Source of the DNA: Ophelia neglecta
Taxonomy: Eukaryota
DNA length: 64,000 nucleotides
Assembly (NCBI GenBank): GCA_965285935.1
Contig: OZ260665.1
Coordinates: forward strand, 25,792,001 to 25,856,000
Direction of reading: 5' to 3'
This document shows positions 52,057 to 61,226 of this stretch, piece after piece. The notes below the pieces were generated by a model, which had not been told where the DNA came from, searched no databases, and was given only the letters and a program-made list of their open reading frames with translations. The position numbers and the translations under genes are program-made. The first letter of the stretch is position 1. Each line of letters begins with the position of its first letter.

Positions 52057-55000
52057 ATGCATTTCGACAATGTTTTATTTTTATAAATTTGTTTTCTGAA
52101 TTAACATCGATAGCAACTAAACGGTTGGTCACTTTATGTTGGATCAAGATGACAGTTATTCAATGTTTCAAGCCAGGAAATCCGATTTTTTGCTTGTTCC
52201 TTTTCCTCTGCCAACCTGTACATAATAGAAATAAAATATATTAATAAAATAAAAAGATTAAAAACGTGATTGCACGAATTAAACAACTTCCAATACGTTA
52301 AACCACATGTATATATACACTATACGATATCGCTACTAAACTCGCCTTGCATTAGTCCACACAGGTACAAGTGCTTAAATCCAGGTTCTGGTCGCGGCAA
52401 GTCTTATCCCCGCAATCTAAAAAGTGAAATGCATATTATTATTGATACGGAATCAGAAGAACTGTTGTAAGTAGTACTTAATGGGACTACGTATATACGA
52501 TTCTTAATCCCTATATATTTATTCGTGACTAAAAGGAGAAAAGAAATATTTATCATTTTTCTTTTTAGTTTGGTTTAGTTTTAGTATCGTAAGGACCTGT
52601 AGTTTGATACAGTATTTTTAGTAAAGCTGTACTCTTTTTTAGCCAAGTCATGTTAGATGGTAGTATATTAATACGAGTTTACAGTAACATGGATTGAACT
52701 AAATGTTTACTTTAATAAAATATGTCATCAACTATGAAATTTTAAACTAGAAGATTTCATTTTGTAAATTGAATTGATATCTAGATACAACAGTTCCTTG
52801 TGGGAATGAAACATGGTATTTTATACTGTATGTAACTGTCTTAATGGACTTTTCTAACTAGAGCCGTTTTGTGAATACACGAGACGGTCTACGTACCTTC
52901 TGTTCCTTACTTGGTATGTCATTATTAATATTGTCTATATGTATTTGTAAGTATTCTGTTGTTATTTGTTAGTTTGTGTCCACATATCATAAGTAATGTA
53001 TAATGAAATTGTTCTTACTTTTACAGGTTTTGCACCAGCCTGGACAAAAGTCTACTCTGAGATAGGCATATCTACAATGACCCAATTTGATCCTTCTTTC
53101 GCAAAACTCTTCAAGTTTAAATGGTATGAGCTTATCTTTACAGATAACTAGAATAAAAAAACACACATGTCAGTTCCGAGATAGATGACACATGAGAACG
53201 CATATTGTTGGTATTGATGTGATTGCTTATGGTACGAGTGTTCATGTTACTGTTGTGGAGACATGCATGGCGACACACGGTAGCCCTGGAAGATAAGAAT
53301 ATTATACTGCATTGCTTTAAGATTCATGGTAGAAAACTGAAGCAATAAGCCAATGTGGATGTATTTTTAACAAGTTTATGTATTTCATGTATGTCCTTAA
53401 ATAAACATATAGAAAAGAACATATTTATTATGTGTATAATAATATTACTTTTGCAAAGGTATCCCTAATTATCCCACACGGGCAATTGTTAAAAATATTG
53501 GCCCCTAAACTCGACATTGATCCTGGATAATTGTATATAAAAACAAACATAATAATTCGTGGCGCTATACAGCACGGTACACATCAAATTTACGTAGTCA
53601 AGTATTTAGTATTAATTAATAATAGAAAGCGAAAATATATCAGAAAACAGCTCACTGTCGCAGTTAGTTGGATCAATCCAGGGTTGGTCGGAGTAACATT
53701 CGCACTTGCATGTTTCCAAGTTAGGTTTACCATGAACACACTTCAAACCCGGACATACTTCCTAAAATAGGTGACAATAGAATGGATCGCTTTAGATGTA
53801 CCAAGACTGCTCCAAAATGTCATAACACGTTACATAGTTTTCGTTAAACTTGATGACTATACGGCGATATGCCGTAAATTTAAACAACGTTAATATTTAA
53901 AATGTACACTTAAAACGGGTCCGTTGCTGATTACAATGATTTACTTAAAAATCTAAGAACGAAGGTAGGGCAGAGATGGTGGGACCATTTTCATTAATAT
54001 AATTGTTCCTATGTTATCCTATATCGTAAAGTAAAGAACTTTACGACCATTTACTAATCTACGGTGAGCTATTTAATATTGAACGGATAGCAGTGTGGTA
54101 TTGATACGTTAGTGCCTGATACTCACATGCCACTATTTTATACAGTAATAAGCCGAAGCGTCATGCAGCATTTAATACATTTTCTTTCTTGATGCTATCA
54201 GGTCACAAAACCTCAATAACATACTGATATTGGTTTTCGAAAATAACTGATTAAAATGTCAGATTTTCAGTGTGGCTTATCACGTACTAAACATGTAGTA
54301 GATTGAGAGTAAACTAAATTTAGATTTGCCGCTGAACTAACTTCCGTGTTCTCGATGCCGAGTTTCTGCTTATTAGTTATTTCAATGAGGCTATTAGTTT
54401 AAGTATTGCTCGCACTTTCGAGATGCAATTGATACCTATGTAACGGAGGGTCCGAAAAGGAACGACTTAGTTTACACAAACTATTGTGTTATGAAGCTTG
54501 GTGACTCCTGGCAGCTGATTGATCAATTTTTTATTATGTTGATATGAAATATAGCGCATTGTAGGGAAAAAAACTATCGTGGTATGGTTTGAATTAGTTT
54601 TTGACTGTATTTTACCACAGACGTCAGTTAAGTGGGGTTCGCGCTGAGTTTTTAATTAATCACGGTCATGCGAGTTTTCCCGTAAGAGGTATTAATTCGT
54701 ATATTTTGTACTTTTTTTAATTATCAATGTCGCAGTACTTAAAACATCGCATTGGTTGTCCCAGCAAGTGATGAATTTCGATGGAGAATGCTCACCTGCT
54801 ACGAGATGACTTTTAAAGAGGTAATAATTCATTCTTTGTCTTGTGACCTTAAGATTTCAGCGCCTCTCATATTCCTTACATTTAGATAAGTAACACCATA
54901 ATATGTCACATTTTTTCCCCCAAGAACCACTCCCCGGCTCAAAAGCAAAGAATGACAGCGCTCATTGCCCTATATACCCAATTATATTTGTGTTAAAAGT

Positions 55001-55413
55001 CATTACTATTCTTGTATCCTATTCCACTTTTAGTAATTTAACCTAACAACCACGTATGTCCTATTCGTATCTTATATCTCGTATCTGTGTATCTGGTTTC
55101 CAGTATACCCTGCAATATATTTGTTTTCACCGTGCTATTCACCACGAGGTAATCAAGCAAACAATATTTTAAAAAGTCATACAGTTGTCGCTCGCTAAAT
55201 TCATTTGCTTAAAGTAACAAATGAAACGTGAGAACATACACGATACAATAATATTTATTCCGATTATCAACTATTATAATATTATTCGTCTCAGTTCTGC
55301 TAAAGCAGTAATTTCGATTCATAACAAGTTGCCTTGCCTTAGTGGCGATTTTAAAAACTTAGGGTATTCGAAATCCAAGCTTAAAAGATAAAATATATGC
55401 TAATGATCTTTAC

Positions 55414-56985
55414 CTCACAACTGCAATCCTTTTTATTTGGCTTAGTGTAGGCGGAGCATTTGTTGGCTTCACATTTACATTGACAAGTGTTCAAGTCGCA
55501 GGTTTTCATGTCCAAAAGTCCGCCATTCAAACAAGTTTTGCCGTAACATTCTAGATGTGGATACAAAAAGTGTTTGAAGCTTAGTTGAACAGACAAGTAG
55601 TGTGGTTTGGAGACATAGCTTTCCGGGTAGGATCACAATTTGGTTCAAACCGCACGCCGTGAAAGGAACTGTGAAACAGGTGTTTGAAAACAACAGCTGT
55701 TTTTTTTTATAATAAACACTCTGTGTTGATGTACGGCTTTTCTCAACATATTATGACCGCGAATGAATGTTTAAGGTCAAGCAATAAGTTTCCTTCACCA
55801 AGGGAAGCACTGATCCTGGATTTTCTAAGAAAAAATGTTTGAGTTAAGATATTTATACTCCAATACTGGTCTTAGCAAAGTGTGTTTTTCGTGAAATAAA
55901 AGCTGTGTAATAAATGACATTTAGATGCTAGGTAAACATCAAAGTTCGATTCAACGTTTCACTTTCATCAACTTACATTTACTGCTTCGGAAGATTTAAT
56001 TAAAAGACAAGATGTAAGCATATTCTATTAGTATTATCAACGCTTGGCATTTCATCAGCCGTCCTCGCCTGGTGAAACAAATGGGATTGAAAACCCTGCA
56101 GACACGGTAAAATCGTTAAGCAAGAAGAGTCCATTAAGTCGGTGGGAAATCATAAGGATCCAACAGCCACAGGCGCACATACATTAATATCCAGCTATCA
56201 TAAACGAAAATTTACCAGTAATGCAGTGTCCATAAAGTACAAGCTCTCAATATCAAAATATTCTAGTTATATTGCTGTATGCGCACTAAGGCCAACTGGT
56301 GATTCGTCTTTATCTTTGGGTAGACCGTGCAAAACAATAGAATTTGCATTTTTACATGCACAAAACTCGATCATACAAGAGTAAAAGGTACACAAACAGG
56401 TATGGTATTTACCATTTTATATATTGAACTGAATATCTTTTCGTTGTTAGGCGTAAAACTTATATTTTTCAGTTCAATTGAATTCCGGGCAGACACTGTG
56501 ATTCCACGTGCAGTGTGTCGGACGAGGCACATCTACAGCTCTTCAACTGAACTATTCCATCAACAATCTGCCATGGAGAGCTGCCTATTGATTGATCCGT
56601 GTCTTTCCTTGAATGAAAGTGGGGCTGACGTGTGATGGGACAATACAAAAACACGGGGCAAGCCAAGGGATCAACGATACAGAGTAGCGACAAAATTCGT
56701 CGAGTAGCTATAAAATTCGTCTCCAGTACTGGTGTTGCAAGTGGTGGAAGACAGGTCTAATCATGCGAACCCATCATATCTCTACCATAAGAGATCCATT
56801 TTTGGATTTGAGAAAAGAGCAGGGAACTATTACACCCAACGTCAGATCACTATGAATGTATCTTCATCATGTCTCTGAGTAATTTATTCAAATATGATTG
56901 TTAAAATAAACAACTTAATGATTTTTAGAAAGCACTCACCTGTCCACATAATCAGTACAAGATAGAGAAGTGGTCGCATGGTCAT
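55414..56985 (-). CDS. Putative secreted cysteine-rich protein (signal-peptide exon plus EGF/CXCXC-like exon); 3' end unresolved
   Basis: Exon 56940-56985 MTMRPLLYLVLIMWT with donor GTGAGT (phase 1). Exon 55414-55550 (phase-1 acceptor CATCTAG, donor GTAAAG) encodes ECYGKTCLNGGLLDMKTCDLNTCQCKCEANKCSAYTKPNKKDCSCE. TATA-like TATATAA near 57091-57098. Confidence 0.55.
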
Positions 56986-59675
56986 AAAAAGCAATGGAAA
57001 CTGGAATTTTTAGATAACTCGTACCTCTATTACATGTACAAATTGTGACGTCTGATCAGCAAGAGGTGTTCTTTTTAACAAGGTGCTCTATTATATATAG
57101 AGAAGTGTGTGTATTAGGGGGGGGGGGGGGGTGTATTCCAGGGTCCTTATCAATATCTTACCCAGCCGTTACACCATAAACCTGCACTAGCAGAATAATG
57201 CGTGCTCTGGGCATGTCTGATGGTATCTTGATGAATGTCAATGATTTACAAATAATTGAAATAAATTTGAATTGAATTATTGGTGTAGTGCCTGGAATAT
57301 GCTTCCTATGCTTCAAACGTTTGTCTGTCTCACTAACCTAAGTTAAAGTTACTCAAATGCATTATTAACTTATCTATTCTTGGAGGTTGTGTCACTGAAA
57401 TGAAAATAAAACAAACGTATAGGTATATATATATATATATCTTATAGATAATTATGTAAGCGAGTACTAGTTATGTACTTTTGGGAGAATACCATACTTT
57501 GATGTTGTTCACCTAAAAGGTGATTCTTTGTATTCTTTTTGTACTGCGCGAGAACTTTTTAGTCTAGAAGTGAATTATTATACTGTGTCGTATTGTTTCC
57601 TTAGAAAAAAATAAGTTTATCCCTCATTGTTTATACTATAACTGTTATTACAAATCAGTTTATGTATTAGCTTTATTATTCTCTGCGTGAAATTAACCAA
57701 AATACATTGTTCTGAAACTGAGAGACTTTTTGCTCGGTGATCCGTATATTCTAAACCCCGAATACCCATGTGGGACAATATGACACAAACCACGGCTGTT
57801 ATGATAAAACGATATATAATTTCTGCACAAGTGTAAATAACACAGAACGATTAATGCTTATTGATATCCACAAACCTGTTATCGGAAATCGTATGTGCCA
57901 TTATTCAATGATTGTGTGCTGAAAGTCCCCGTGGAATTGTTATGATAATGAGTTCACCTGTCTCGCGATTTTTGATTATTTAGGGGACTTATCACAGATC
58001 AATTGGTGCCCTTAAACGCAAATTACAGTAGTATCCTTGATAAGTTTGCTCGGTCATCTGTTGACCGCTCTAAAATCCAACAATTACAAATACCGTTAAA
58101 TGGATTACTTTTCAAAGTTTCAGTTAAGAAGTATATATATGGTAATCATAAGGTAATGATCTGCAATCTTTAAACTTGTAAAACCGTAATAAAATATATT
58201 TCCTTGATGTTTCCATTGATCTATATTGACAAAACAATAACCTCTAGCTCTGTGCATCAAACAGGCATATTTTTTGTGAATACCTATATCCCAGTCTTCT
58301 TATTAGACTAAATTACAGAAACACGTAAACATTTTTGATGAAAAAGGTTATATATCTTAAATCATGTGCAGCATCTGCAACAGCGATGTACTGCGCGATA
58401 GAAATGGCAACAATTAAAAGTGTTTCAATCTGATTTTGCCTAACCGCTGTGCACTGATGCACCGATAAATGTAAATATGTAATCTACTATTGATACGCCA
58501 TTTGACCGATCAGACCAGAACGAAATGGGAACATCCATTAGCATTTACATTGAATGCATTCACTGGGCTCGGTGATATGTATAAAGAGCCTTTAGGATAA
58601 TTCTATTCTACATGCAACAATAGTTACTGATTATTAAGTAAAGTAAAACCTTCACCACACCTCTGATCTTGCTGCATGTTCCTTCAGGAGGGCAGTGTGG
58701 CATTATAACACAATGTATTGGTGATTACATACACGAATTAATAACAACAGTTTTACCTTCATCTTACCAGGCAGTTTACCAACCTATTTGATGTGTCAGA
58801 GTTGAGCATCTGCGTTATGCAATAAATCTTTCTCAGGTGGCAATGTGCGGATTTTAGAATTTTGGTAGAGGGAGAACTCGTCCTTATTTATGAGGGTAGA
58901 ATTAAGATATCACATAATATAGTCTTCTGCGCCCAGCCACTATTTACGTTACTAAAGCGATGTTGACTTTGGCTAGCTGCTGCTTCGTCCTCAAACTAAA
59001 AATTGTTGGTTGTATCAGCATTACTCGTGAGTTTTTATTAACAATGCACCCAATGCTGGTGACTTAGAGGAATAAATCTACTATGATGATGTTCAGTCAG
59101 ATATTTTCAGAACTGACATAAACTGTTTTCAAATAGACCTGTGTGTGTGTGTCATGGGCATAAACATGTAACCTTAAATAAGGGGAAAATCGGCAACACT
59201 CATTTTTCTTGCTTAAATAGTTACCTTTAAGTTCACAATATAGTATGGAGGATTCGACAATTATATACTTTGGTGATTGTGTGTGCGAGTGTGATTACTA
59301 CTCACTAATTATAAAGTAGTGTCAATTTATATTCGCAAAGGAATACCCAAATAAATAACCCCAATAGATGCCTTAAATACTCAAGACTCCCAGAAAATTT
59401 AATGATGTGGCAGATAATTTAGCGATATCTGCCATGCTCTCAGGGCGTCCGGCTTTGTTACTGACCTTATCTCCTCATTCAGCTCCTCCTTGCAGGTCCA
59501 GTTTTTGCCCATCAGTTCGCCCATGGCTGACTTGTTTATGTCTTGTATAGTAGGCGTTCTCCTTAGACGTTTTTCTAGTGATGTAAGTGTTGTGAAGTTT
59601 TAGTTGGTTTCTTTCACAGTATTTAGAGAAACCACTATATGTAGAGTTCTCATTGGGGGGGGGGGGGGGGGGGGA

Positions 59676-60110
59676 TGTAGCACGGGGATCTTATAAACAG
59701 CCAAGCTTCACTATGTGTTATAATCCGTTTTATTCAAGCACTAGCATGAAACTATACACGACCTTTCTCTCTCAAAGGCAACCAAGAACTCTCTTTCTTA
59801 ATAATCGTACATATTTTATATCTACGTAACTAACAACACTAATGTTTCTAAGCGTATTCAACTACTGCATAAATTAGTTAAATTCGCCTCCTGACGTTTG
59901 CTGGATTCACTACTTAGATATCCATGTTCCGAGTTAATTTGTTTGGATGTGCAATCAATCATATAGATCTGTTTTGACTTGTTTTGTCTTAGGCCTGTTC
60001 ACCTTGACTAAGCATTGTCGTGACCAAGCCTATAGCCAGGTATCACATCTAAAATGGGTGATATCTTCTAAAATATGCCTAAAGTTAAATGATTCTTATT
60101 AATTACAACA
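59676..60110 (-). repeat. 3' LTR (435 bp)
   Basis: Minus strand begins TGTTG and ends CTACA; TATAAAAT at 59813-59820 lies upstream of AATAAA at 59729-59734; immediately preceded by a PPT. The partner LTR is outside the window. Confidence 0.75.
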
Positions 60111-60123
60111 TCCCCCTACGCTT
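60111..60123 (-). promoter_or_regulatory. Polypurine tract (PPT)
   Basis: Minus strand AAGCGTAGGGGGA directly abuts the LTR TG. Confidence 0.65.
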
Positions 60124-61226
60124 TAATTTCAACGTCCTCGTTGATCTAAATGATTCTTTTTAAGAAATAACCAAAACTAAACGTCAAGAGGAGATGTAAT
60201 ATAAAATGAAAATAATATTTATATTAATTGAAATAATTCTTCTAAGTTTAACTTGGATATAATTGTTATATGAGATTTTTCTTTCATCTTTGATTTATCT
60301 CATAATTATAATAGAAATATCTAAAAATTTGAAATAACATATGATTGTATATGCGATATAGATTGATGCAAAAATCTTATATATGATAATCAAACACGTA
60401 TAGAATTCATAATAATTCGTACTGTAAAGCTTAGAATAATGAATCTAGAAATTATATATCATATTAAATTCAATAAAAAACTTGCTAATATTTAATATAC
60501 ATACAACACCGAATTAATAAGTAATCTTTTAGGTATAATAATACAGGTAAATATAATATATCAATATGTCTCAAATAAATAGCCTGGCGACACAACAACG
60601 TCAGCCGCTAGTAGATATTGAAAAGAACTTCGTTGTATTTAATGAAATAGTTAATGAGGAAAGTATATTAATTTATCCATATTTGAAAAAAAAAAATCAT
60701 CGAAATATCATGTGATCCATGTTTATATACAATCCATTTGAATATTTAACTGAAATTGTGAATTTATCCATGTGGAGTATCCTGATAGTGTAATGATTGA
60801 ATGGCACTTTTTTTTATATTTCCCGAATCGTGGTTGTTCTATTGATATACATGTGCGAGGGTGTCCTTGGTCGTGGTCGAGGGGCGGTCGGTCATCATGT
60901 GGGGTTTGTGAGGCGGGAGTAGCATCTAGATGGTTTACTAAATAAATGGGAAGAAAATCAAACCATATCAAACCCAGGTACAAATAGTAAGACATACACA
61001 GGAATGCAATTGGTCAATGCAACGTTAGTTATATAATAAGTAAAGAAGGATATATCATACCTAGTCACTAATGAGAGACGAATGTAAAGTGATTGTTGGT
61101 GGTAAAGTGGTGTTGGATTTATCTAATAACCCAGCGTCATGTGGGGCTGATGGTGAATTGATTGATGTCATGCCTGGCAGAACATATGGGGTGTCAATTG
61201 TTGTATTGTCTGGCCGATCAAAGTAC

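Noticed and set aside
50600-54000. Head-to-head AIMP2 partner as in vertebrates
   Set aside because: No recognisable AIMP2-like coding sequence on the plus strand.
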